Shown piece after piece: positions 1 to 10,512 of a DNA stretch of 64,000 nucleotides (its first letter is position 1; each line of letters begins with the position of its first letter). This DNA comes from Mobula hypostoma (Eukaryota). Location of the stretch: the NCBI RefSeq assembly GCF_963921235.1, contig NC_086107.1, positions 94,614,001-94,678,000 of the forward strand, read 5' to 3'. A program made the position numbers and the translations under genes. The notes under the pieces were generated by a model that saw only the letters and a list, made by a program, of their open reading frames with translations, was not told the DNA's origin and searched no databases.

Positions 1-319
1 TGGCTATCTACTGCATCCCAGGAAGTCTCCAGTCATGACGATTCCTCATACCATTGCCAAAGTTTTTCAGGCCGAGAGAGTGGAACTGCCCTGGTGCAAG
101 GGATTTTTCATTATCAAACAGGTTACGGCCTCATCAGGAACAGCAGACACCAACACCTTTTAAATGTCATCAATGTACACTTCCTCTAGCAGCCCATTCC
201 ACAGACCCACTAGGTGAAAAAATTTGCTTGGCAGGTACATATTAAATGTCTCCCCTCTCACCCTCAACCAGTGCCGTCGATTTCTCAGCTCTGGGGAAAA
301 AGACTGTGCCTTCACCGTG

Positions 320-886
320 CTCTCAGTAACCACGTTATTAGGTACAGGAGGTGCCTAATAAACTGGCCTCTGTGTCTATGCTCTTGGCCTTCTGCTGTTG
401 TAGCCCGTCCACTTCAAGCTTTGACCTGTTGTGCATTCAGAGATACCCTTCTGCACACCATTGTTGTAACACGTTTATTTGAGTTACTGTCACCTTTCTG
501 TCAACTTGAACCAATCTGGCCATTCTCCTCTGACCTTTCTCATTCACAAGACATTTTCACCCACAGAACTGCGACTCGATGGATGTTTTTCTTTTGTTTC
601 ACACCATTCTCTGTAAACTCTAGAGACTTGTGTGTGAAAATCCTAGGAGATCAGCTGTTTCTGAGATACTCAAACCACCCCATCTGGCACCAACAATCAT
701 TCCACTGTCAAAGTCACTTAGATCACATTTCTTCCCCATTCTGATGTTTGGTCTGAACAACAACTGAACCTCTTGACAATGTCTGCATGCTTTTATGCAT
801 TGAGTTGCTGCCATGTGATTGGCTGATTAAGTATTTGCATTAATGAGCAGGTACACGGGTGGACCTGATTAAGTGGTCACTGAATG
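320..886 (-). mobile_element. Tc1/mariner DNA transposon deletion derivative (N-terminal DNA-binding region only)
   Basis: TIR-like ends (ctcagtaaccacgttattaggtac ... acctgattaagtggtcactgaatg, followed by TA). Minus-strand peptide MGKKCDLSDFDSGMIVGARWGGLSISETADLLGFS is a Tc1 transposase HTH; no DDE domain. Confidence 0.8.
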
Positions 887-1034
887 TATCTTGTGTCCCT
901 CATGGTTTATACTCCTCTATAGGATCAGCCCTCATTCTACTCCTGATGACTTCACCAGAAAAAGAAAGACTTGAGTTTGAGTTTCCTGGCCTGTGAGTTT
1001 CAAGGTGATTTACAGCCATTGGCAAGCGCCCAGC

Positions 1035-1072
<38 letters not shown>

Positions 1073-1496
1073 GGGAGAGGACAATAGCTGTGTAATGAGT
1101 CCTGACAGGCAGTCCATCCATCACCCTAAACGTTTCCTTCCTGCCCTCTGTGCCAGCCACAAAGCACGCTGTGTTATAGCCTGAGGTTACTGCAAGGCGG
1201 CCTTGCAAACCCACGAACTTAACCACCATGGTCAAGGGCAGTGTGCACAGGGGAAGCCAGAGAGTTGTAATGCTCAGCCAGCACAACACTGGAGGACATC
1301 TCCAAGAGGCAGTACCTCAGGAAGGCAGCACCCATAACTAAAGACCCTACCATCTGAGACAAGCCTTTTCTCATTACAATCATTGGGGCGCAGGAGCATG
1401 AAGACCCACATCCAACAATTGATCAACAGCTTATTCCTGGTCACCGTGAATGGTCCATGAACCCATGACCAGATACTTCGTTATTCCTCTCATTTG

Positions 1497-1855
1497 ACAG
1501 AGGTGCGTAAGATGATCATAGGCATAGATAGAATGGACAGCCAGCACCTTTTATCCCAGGGCAGCAATATCGAACATGAGAGGATGTAATTCTAAGGTGA
1601 TTGGAGGAAAGCGTAGGGCGGACATCAGAGGTAGGTTTTTTTACAGAGGGAGTGGTGGGTGCATGGAACACCTTGCAGGTGTAGTGGCAGAGGCAGATAC
1701 ATTAGGATCATTTAAGAGACTTCTCGATAGACACGTGGATCAAAGTGAAAGTGAAGGCTATGTAGGAGGGTTAGATAGATCTTAGAGAAGGTTAAAAGGT
1801 CAGCTCAATGTCCATGAGCAAAGGATTGTACTATAGGGCTCTTTGTTCAATGTTC
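1497..1855 (+). mobile_element. CR1 LINE 3' fragment
   Basis: Degenerate C-terminus of CR1 ORF2 (…GTLGSFKRLLDRH…) and CR1-type 3' UTR. Confidence 0.7.
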
Positions 1856-2059
1856 TATTTATGCATTTTTGTAATTTATAGTAACTTCCATGTCTTTGCA
1901 CTGTACTGCTGCCGCAAAACAATAAATTAACGTCATCTAAGCCAGTGAATAAACTTGATCCTTCCTGGTTCTGATTCCTGCAACCTGACCAGGAAGTGTT
2001 CCTCCTCCATGGTCACTGGGTCACTTATTATTCCACCTCAATTCTCATCTGAATTACTC

Positions 2060-3350
2060 ATATATATGACAAACATCAGAAGACCCAGCACTGATCTCCA
2101 CTGCACATGACTGGTCACAAGTGTCCATTCTGAAAATCAATCCTCCTCCACCCTCCATCTCCTTCCACCCAACGAATTTTTATCCAATTGGCCAGCTCAC
2201 CATGTGATCTGAACTTCCAGACCAGCCTCCCATGTGGGACCTCATCAAAAATCTTTCTAAAGTCCATTCAGACTACTTCTATCCTCCAGCCCTCCACTAA
2301 TCCTCTTGGCCACCTCTTCAGATTTATGAGACATGCACAAAGCCATGCTGACAATCCATAATCAGTCCTTGCCTTTCCAAATGATGGTAGATCCTATCTC
2401 TCCGATCCCCTCCAATTGGAAACGCCTGGTCAGGCCTAGGAGATTCACCCTCCTTCTTGAGTTTCAGCACCTCCAACATTTCCTCCTTCATGATGTTGAC
2501 ATGCTCCAGGTTATCACTAGACACTAGAATACTACAGCACAGTACAAGCCCTTTGGCCCTCGATGTTGTGCCGACCCATATATTCCTTTAAAAAAAACTA
2601 AACCCACACTACCCCGTAACCCTCTATTTTTCTTTCATCCACGTGTCTATCCAAGAGGCTCTTAAATATTCCAAATGTTTTAGCCTCCACCACAACCCCT
2701 GGCAAGTCATTCCAAGCACCCACAACCCTCTGTGTAAAAAAACTTACCCTTGATGTCTCCTCTAAACTTCCCTCCCTTAACTTTGTACATATGCCCTCTG
2801 GTATTTGCTATTCGTGCCCTGGGAAACAGGTACTAGCTATCCACCCTATCTATGCCTCTCATAATCTTGTAGTCCTCTATCAAGTCCCCTCTCATCCTTC
2901 TATGCTCCAAAGAGAAAAGTCCCAGCTCTGCTAACCTAGCCTCATAAGACTTGTTTTCCAATCCAGGCAAATCCTGGTAAATCTCCTCTGCACCCTCTCC
3001 ATAGCTTCCACATCCTTTCTATAATGAGGTGACCAGAACTGAACACAATACTCTAAGTGTGGTCTCACCTGAGATTTCTAGAGTTGCAACATGACCTCTC
3101 TACTCTTGAACTCAATCCCCCTATTAATGAAGCCTAGCATCCCATAGGCCTTCTTAACTATCCTATCAACCTGTGCAGCGACCTTGAGGGATGTATGGAT
3201 TTGAACCCCAAGGTCCCTCTGTTCACCCACACTCTGAAGTAACTGACCATTAACCCTGTACTCAGCCTTCTGGTTTGTCCTTCCAAAATGCATCACCTCA
3301 CACTTATCCAGATTGAACTTCATCTGCCACTTTTCTGCCCAACTCTGCAT
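2060..3350 (-). mobile_element. CR1 LINE fragments (older RT piece ~2060-2520; younger 3' end ~2525-3350)
   Basis: Minus ORFs with WAEKWQMKFNLDKCEVMHFGR…GIEFKSREVMLQL and QHGF motifs. Confidence 0.85.
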
Positions 3351-4473
3351 CACTGGTCCTACACAAAATGCTGGAGGAACTCTGCAGGTCAGGCAGCATC
3401 TATGGAAAGGATTTGGGCAGAGACCCGTCATCAGGTTTTGCAGGGTGGGTAGCAGGCATCCTTGTCAATGCTGATGGCCTTCCTCTGTGAAAAGTGGAAG
3501 GGGGGGGTGGTGTTAGGGAGAAGTAGTTAGATAGATAGAGATAGAGAGAATCACAGAGATACAGAAAGAGAGAAAGAACAGAGACGGAGAGGAAAGAGGA
3601 GAAGGAGGGCGTGTGGGAGAGAGAGAAAGAGAAAGAGAAAAAGAGAAGATAGAGAGTTCAGGAGAGACTTTAGTACGTGATAGCTGGTGTTTCCAGCGAG
3701 GTTTTGAAACACTGCCAAGTTAATATTATCCTAGTGGCTTCCAGAGAGGATACGAAGAAGGTCTCTGAACCGTGCCTCCTTTAAGATAAACTACTGAAAC
3801 TCAGCCTTGCATGTTCCCTCCCGGTCCAGAATCTTTCACACACCCGTGACGTTTTCTGTCCATGGGTTGCACATGCTCGTTGCGGGAGGGAGGCATTCCT
3901 CGGCATTCTCTGTGAGGAATCAGAGAGGGAGAGAGAAGGAACGGGAGCCACAGGACAGGCACAAGCCAACGGTGGGCTGGTTCTGCGCTGGAAGATTTCA
4001 CGGGCGTTTTTCTGGAGCCACTCTGTCACCAGCTCACCCCCAGAGCTGGTCCCGCTGACACCTGAGTGCCACCCACCGTCTGGGGGGGTGGGGGAGCTGG
4101 CAAAAGCCTGAGGTGAGCCTTGTTAAAGATTTACGCCTATCTGCAGGCATTCTGACGACCTAGCTGGAACTTTTGACAAATGTTCGTGGCGAAAAATTGG
4201 TTTGCGCGGGTCTCCTGCGTGTGAGGGAATTATGTCGGTGTGTGCGCGTTTTAGTGTGTGTGAGTGTCTGTGAGGGAGAATGTTGGTTTGGGTGAGGTAA
4301 TATTTCTGCGTGTGTGAGGAAGTTTGTGTAATATGCGTGTGAATGACCGTGTGCGAGTGTGCAGGGGTATGTTTGGTTGTGCCACAGCTTCTGTGTGTGG
4401 GGGGCGGGGGGAATAGATAGGTGTGTGTCCCGATGTCTGTTGGGCAGAATATATTGTATATATATATCCACGC

Positions 4474-4940
4474 GTGTGAGGGGGAGTGTGTTGGTGTGTG
4501 TCCCAGTGTCTGTGTGAGGGGGAGTGTGTTGGTGTGTGTCTCAGTGTCTGTGTGAGGGGGAGTGTGTTGGTGTGTGTCCCAATGTCTGTGTGAGGGGGAG
4601 TGTGTTGGTGTGTGTCCCAGTGTCTGTGTGAGGGGGAGTGTGTTGGTGTGTGTCTCAGTGTCTGTGTGACTGTGTGAGGGGGAGTGTGTTGGTGTGTGTC
4701 CCAGTGTCTGTGTGAGGGGGAGTGTGTTGGTGTGTGTCCCAGTGTCTGTGTGAGGGGGAGTGTGTTGGTGTGTGTCTCAGTGTCTGTGTGAGGGGGAGTG
4801 TGTTGGTGTGTGTCCCAGTGTCTGTGTGAGGGGGAGTGTGTTGGTGTGTGTCCCAGTGTCTGTGTGAGGGGGAGTGTGTTGGTGTGTGTCCCAATGTCTG
4901 TGTGAGGGGGAATGTGTTGGTGTGTGTCTGTGTGAGGGTC
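4474..4940. repeat. Minisatellite, 38-bp unit (gtgtgagggggagtgtgttggtgtgtgtcccagtgtct), ~12 copies
   Basis: Unit starts at 4474, 4512, 4550, etc.; near-identical copies with one 8-bp insertion. Confidence 0.95.
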
Positions 4941-5654
4941 TGAGCAGTGTGTGTGTCTGTATGCTTGAGTGTGGATGTACATATCTGGTTCGCTCGCCGC
5001 ACAGTTAAAAATAAAATCCATTTTCTCTGTGGCTGTGTTGGGCAGGAGGGAACTGGCAATATCTGCTCAGCTGCTTTTGACTATTTTATACCAGCTATCA
5101 CTTTACAGCCTTTTGTCAAGAGTTCGCGCACTGGACACTGGCCAGGTCTGGAGGGAGTAATCCCCCCTCTCCCCGGCATTTTATAAATCCTGGAACAATT
5201 TTGGCAGTGAGCAGTGTTGCTGCGTTGGAAAGGGAACTGTTCCTTTTCCTGTATGGAAGGACTGAGTTGTTCCTTAAAGGGACATTCACTCTGGGTAAAA
5301 CAAAATCCATTCAGGCAGAGGCTGGAAATGAATCCGGGTTACTGGCACTGTAAGGCATTTCACTAACCTCTACGCTACCTTGCCCCCCCTTGTTGTTGTC
5401 ACACGTGCCGGGAATCAGTGAAAAGCTTTTGTTTCGTGTGCCATCCAGACAGATCACTCCATATGTAGGTACATCGAGGGAATAAAAGGGAAACAGAATG
5501 CAGAATAGAGTGTTACAGGGAAAGAACAGTGTGGGTAGAGAAATAAATTGCACAGACCATGACGGGGGTAGTCTGGGAGACCCAGATTTCATCTTTGAGT
5601 GTATGAGTTCACGAGTCTGAGAGCAGCAGGATAGAAACTATTCTTGAGCCCCGA

Positions 5655-6731
5655 GGTACTTCAGTACCATACAGCCCTCTTTGCTGGGGGAAATTTCCAT
5701 TCAGTGCAGGTTGACACTTCCATTGTATCCTGGATAATGGACTACCTGACTGACAGACCACACTTTGTGCTGCTTCAGAGCTGTGTGTCAGACCTGGCTA
5801 TAAGCAGCAATGGGGCACCACAGAGTGCTGTACTGGTTCCCTTCCCGTTTACCCTGTATACCTCAGACTTCAGATACAACACTGAGTCATGATTCTCTGA
5901 TGAATCATGCAGAGATTCTCTGATGAATCGGCAATAGTTGGGTGTACAAGGGGAGGACTGGAGGATAAACCCTGGGCCATGGTGAGGGACTTTGTCAAAT
6001 GGTGCAAGATGAATCATCTGCAGCTCAACATCAGTAAGACAAAGGAGATGGTGATGGACTTTAGGAAGACTAAGTTTGCATTGCTCCCTGTTACTACTGA
6101 TGCTGAAGACCTACAAGACTGGATGACAGACTTGAGTGGAGCACCAACGTAGAGGCTGTGTACAAGAAGGGCCAGAGTCACCTCTACTTCCTGAGAAGAC
6201 TGAGGTCCTTTGGAGTATACAGGCCTCTCCTTCAAATGTTCTACTAGTCTGTTGTCGCCAGTACAATCTTCTATGCGGTGGTGTGCTGGGGCAATGGCAT
6301 CAACATGGGTGATGCCAGCAGGCTCAATAAACTGATTAGAAAGGCTGGCTCTGTTATAGGAGTCAAACTGGACACACTGGAGGCTGTGGTAGAACAAACA
6401 ACCCTACAGAAAATCCTGGCAATTCTGGACAATGTTTCTCACCCTCTGCATGCCACCTTGGCTGAACAGAGGAGCACTTTTAGTAATAAGCTATGACATC
6501 TGTGCTGCTCCAAAGAGTGCTGTATGAGGTCATTCTTACCCTTGGCCATTAGACTCTATAATGAATCAACCTATAGCCGGGGAAGTGATGACCCCCCCCC
6601 CGTTAGACTGGTTGAGATAACTTTTTAAAAATTCTTTCTTACTTCTATTCTAATATTGTATATCTGTGCACTTGTAATGCTACTGTGACACTGTCATTTT
6701 CTTTGGGATCAGTAAAGTATCTAATCTAATC
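5655..6731 (+). mobile_element. Rex1/Babar-type LINE, 5'-truncated and decayed RT
   Basis: Fragmented ORFs with SWIMDYLTDRP…GAPQ…FTLYTSDF, FSDESAIVG and WCKMNHLQLNISKTKEMVMDFRK. Ends in a (atcta)n tail. Confidence 0.85.
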
Positions 6732-7326
6732 AATGTGATGCGATAGTGTTGATATTATGGCATAATAATCTTTTAGCATGTGAGAGATCTGTTTAAAAGT
6801 CTGATAGCAGCAGGGTAGAAGCTATCCTTGAGCCTGGTGGTATGTGACCTGATAATGTTGGCTGTTGGAATCTTGCTGTGTACAAGCTGAGCTCACAATG
6901 AAAGGCAAAGCCAGCTAATAGCAGAGTAGAAGAGAACCTGAGTTGTGCAATGAGTTAGAATTGTCGAAAGATTGTGGGCAAGGAAGACGGCCTAATTTCT
7001 GGGTGGGAGGGAGGAACAGAGCAAGCCAAACGACGCATTCCGTAATCCCGCTGCTGTCTGTAAGGAGTTTGTACGTTCTCCCCGTGACCGCATGGGTTTC
7101 CTCTGGGTGCTCCAGTTTCCTCCCACAGTCCAAAGACTGATAAGGAGGTTAATTTTGTGATTAGGCTAGGATTAAATCGGGGGTTGCTGGGCGGTGCGAT
7201 TTGAAGGGCTAGAAGAGCCTATTCTGCACTGTATTTCAATAAGTAAATAACATTTCACTGTATGTTTTGAGGAACATGTGATAAATAAACTTAATTTAGA
7301 TGCTGCACGTCCCTAATAAACTTTAG

Positions 7327-7640
7327 GGCGGCTTAGGGGTGCAGTGGGCAGAGCTGATGCCTCACGGTGCCAGGGACCCGGGTTCAATCCCCACATCCAG
7401 TGCTGTCTGTGTGGAGTTTGCACGTCCTCCCGATGCGTGTGTTCCTCCTGCTTCCTTTCACATTCCAAAGGCCTGTGAGTCAGAGGGTTAATTGGCTGCT
7501 CTAAATTGTGTGAGTGAGGGGTAGAATCATAGAGAGAGGTTGCAATAGAAAATATAAAATTTGAGATTTATGCAGGATTAGTGCTTGATGGTCAGCACAG
7601 GCTCAGTGGGCTGAAGGGCCTGTTTCCCACGATATGAGCC
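7327..7640 (+). mobile_element. tRNA-derived V-core SINE (HE1-like). Other copies at ~7040-7240, 14630-14985(-), 29350-29440 with 34800-34985(-), 38930-39160(-), 45740-45985, 54285-54500 and 54950-55230(-)
   Basis: A/B-box-like head (…gggttcaatcc) followed by the central ggagtttgcacgt…cctcc…cacattccaaag core, seen repeatedly in the window. Confidence 0.75.
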
Positions 7641-10128
7641 TAATGTTTAAAGGGCTCCCTGGGGACTCAGGGCCCCCAGTGACTCTTCTGTGGGAATCAC
7701 AGCTTGGTGAATCAAATGCTGAATCATCGTGTTTTTGGAAAAAATTGGACAGCAGATTATTGGAGTATTCCTGTATATAAAACAAATTCAGAACTTCCAT
7801 CACAATGAAGGCACCAAAATCAGAGTAAATTTATTATCAAAGAACATATGCAACCCTGAGATTTGTTTTCTTGCAGGCATTCACAGTAGAACAAAGAAAT
7901 ACAACAGATCAACGAAAACAATACACAAAGACTGACAAATAACCAATGTGCATAAAAAAGACAAGTTGCGCTAAATAAATGAATGAATAGTTAGATTCTG
8001 AAATTCTGAGATTTCACCTAATGGATTTAAATGGATTGTCCTTTTCATTATTCTTTACTTCCTTGTGAAATTTGTGTATAATTGATGTTTTTGGTTTTCC
8101 TGTGAATGCTGTCTATCTGAAGCTCTGTGCCTGTGCCACAGATCGGTTCAGTGTTGGGGTGAGTGAAGTTATCATTTTTGGTTCAAGAGTCTGATGTCAT
8201 GAGGCACCTGAAACTCCTTCCCGATGGCAGGAGCGAGAAGAGAGCTTGCCCTCATGGCCTGAGTGATGGGGGCCCTTGATGATGGACGCCGTGTTCTTGT
8301 GACTGAAATCACAGGGTTGTATATGATGACATATATGTAGTTTGATAATAAATTTACTTTGAACTTTGCAGCAGCACTCTTTGTAGATGTGCTCAAAGTT
8401 TACCCTTTTCTCTTTGCTACGCTATCACTACATTAATAGCATCAGTTTAGTTCAAAGTAAATTTATTATCTGACTACACATATGTCACCATATATCACCC
8501 TGAGATTAATTGCCCTATGGGCATTCACGGTGAATAGAAAGGAAGACAATAGAATCAGTTACAAAACGCACAGAACAGTGATTGACGTGCAAAAGACAAC
8601 AACTGGAAATACAAAAGGAAAATTTTAAAAAGTAATTAATAAATATTGAGAACACGAGTTGTAAGAGTCCTTAAAAGTGAGTCCATAGATTGTGGAATCA
8701 GTTCAGTGTTGCGGTGAGAGAAGTTATACCCTCTGTTTAAAGAGCCTGTGGTTGAGGGGTATTAACTGTTCCAGAACCTGGTGGTGAGGGACTTGAGGCT
8801 CCTGCAGCTTCTTCCTAATGCCAGCAGTGAGAAGAGAGTATGGCCTGGGCATCTTTAAAAGTGCACTCTTTCTTCGGGCATTTCCCCCAAATACTGCACT
8901 TTAATGTGTGTGCACGCGCGCGCACACACACACACACACACATCCTGTAACATAGTGTTGTAGTTACAAATATCAGCAAGGCATGAGGCCACAATTAGAC
9001 TGTGTATATTCAAGGTGAATTCTTACAGATGTTCAGACATTGTTGTATAAGGATGGGGCAGGAATGTGGACAAACTATCAGGAATTATCTTACCGCAAGG
9101 CAGAACAGAAAAGCCCCGAGGAGCTGTGTGAACCACTCCCAATTAGTTCTGTAATGTGGACAGCTCTGGGCCTGTCGTGGGAAAGGTTTACACAGCTAAT
9201 CAGAGGCACAGATTCTGCAGATGCTGGAAAATCTTGAGTAATACACACAAAATGTTGGAGGAACTCAGCAGGTCAGCCTGCATCTGTGGAGGGAAATGAA
9301 CAGTCGACATTTCGGGCCGAGACCCTTCTGTTCAATTCCTCTCCATAGATGCTGACTGACCCACTGAGTTCCTCCAGCATTTTACGTGTGTTTCTATAAA
9401 CTTCTTGTCACTGACTTTCTGTACAATGTTAACATTGCTGTAGCAACGCCAATGATCCAAGTCAAAGTGGAGTTTATTATCATCTGCACAGTTAAGTGCG
9501 TGCATAGGAGCAGAATTAGGCCATTCAGCCCATCGTGTCTAGTCTACCATACCATTATGGTGCAATGAAAGTCCTCCTCACGGTAGCATCACAGGCACAG
9601 AGCGTCAGATAGACAGCACTCGCAGGAAAACCAAAAACATCAATTGTACACAAATTTTACAAGAAAGTGTACAATAATGAAAAGGACAGTCCATTTAAAT
9701 GCAAATCATGAATATAAGAGATTCTGTAAATGAATCAGAATCACGTTTAATATCACTGGCACATGTCATGAAGTTTGTTTTGCAGCAGTACATTGCAATA
9801 CATAAAAAACTATAAATTACAGTAAGAAATATAGTAAGTTAAATAAGTAGTGTGAAAAAAGGAAAAAAGCACACGGGTTTATTGTCCATTCAGAAATTTG
9901 ATGGCAGAGGGGAAGAAGCTGTTCCTAAAGTGTTGAGTGTGTGCCTTCAGGCTCCTGTATCTCCTCCTTAATGGTAGCAATGAGAAGAGGGCAAGTTCTG
10001 GGTAATGGGAGTCCTTAATAAGATCATAAGACATAGGAGCAGAATTAGGCTATTCAGCCCATTGTGTCTAGTCCACCATTCCATTATAGCTGAGGATACA
10101 CATTCTCCTGCCTCACCCCATAATCTTT

Positions 10129-10302
10129 CACGCTGGAGGAACTCAGCAGGTCAGGCAGCATCCGTGGAAAAGATCGGTTGACGTTCCGGCCCGAAACGTC
10201 AACCGATCTTTTCCACGGATGCTGCCCGACCTGCTGAGTTCCTCCAGCGTGTTGTGAGTGATGCTTTGACCCCCAGCATCTGCAGATTATTTTGTGTTTA
10301 TG
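10129..10302. mobile_element. Penelope-derived fold-back mini-element with 14-bp TSD
   Basis: 57-bp inverted arms (10129-10185 and 10195-10251) with one mismatch. TSD accccataatcttt at 10115-10128 and 10303-10316. Confidence 0.8.
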
Positions 10303-10512
10303 ACCCCATAATCTTTGACCTCTGACTGATCAAGAACTTATCTACTTCCGCTTTAAATATAGTCAATGACAGCCATCTGTGGCAATGCATTCCACAGATT
10401 TACCACACCCCCTGGCTAGAGAAATTCATCCTTATGTCTGTTCTAAATCCATGTCCCTCTATCATGAGATAGTGCCTTCTGGTCCTAGACTCCCCCATTA
10501 TAGGAAACATCT

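Noticed and set aside
1..245. Open frames at the window start
   Set aside because: No recognisable protein or good splice donor, and the distal part is an antisense CR1 3' fragment.
4251..5059. His/Thr-rich ORFs (256 and 134 aa)
   Set aside because: Translation of the 38-bp tandem repeat and CA-rich sequence.
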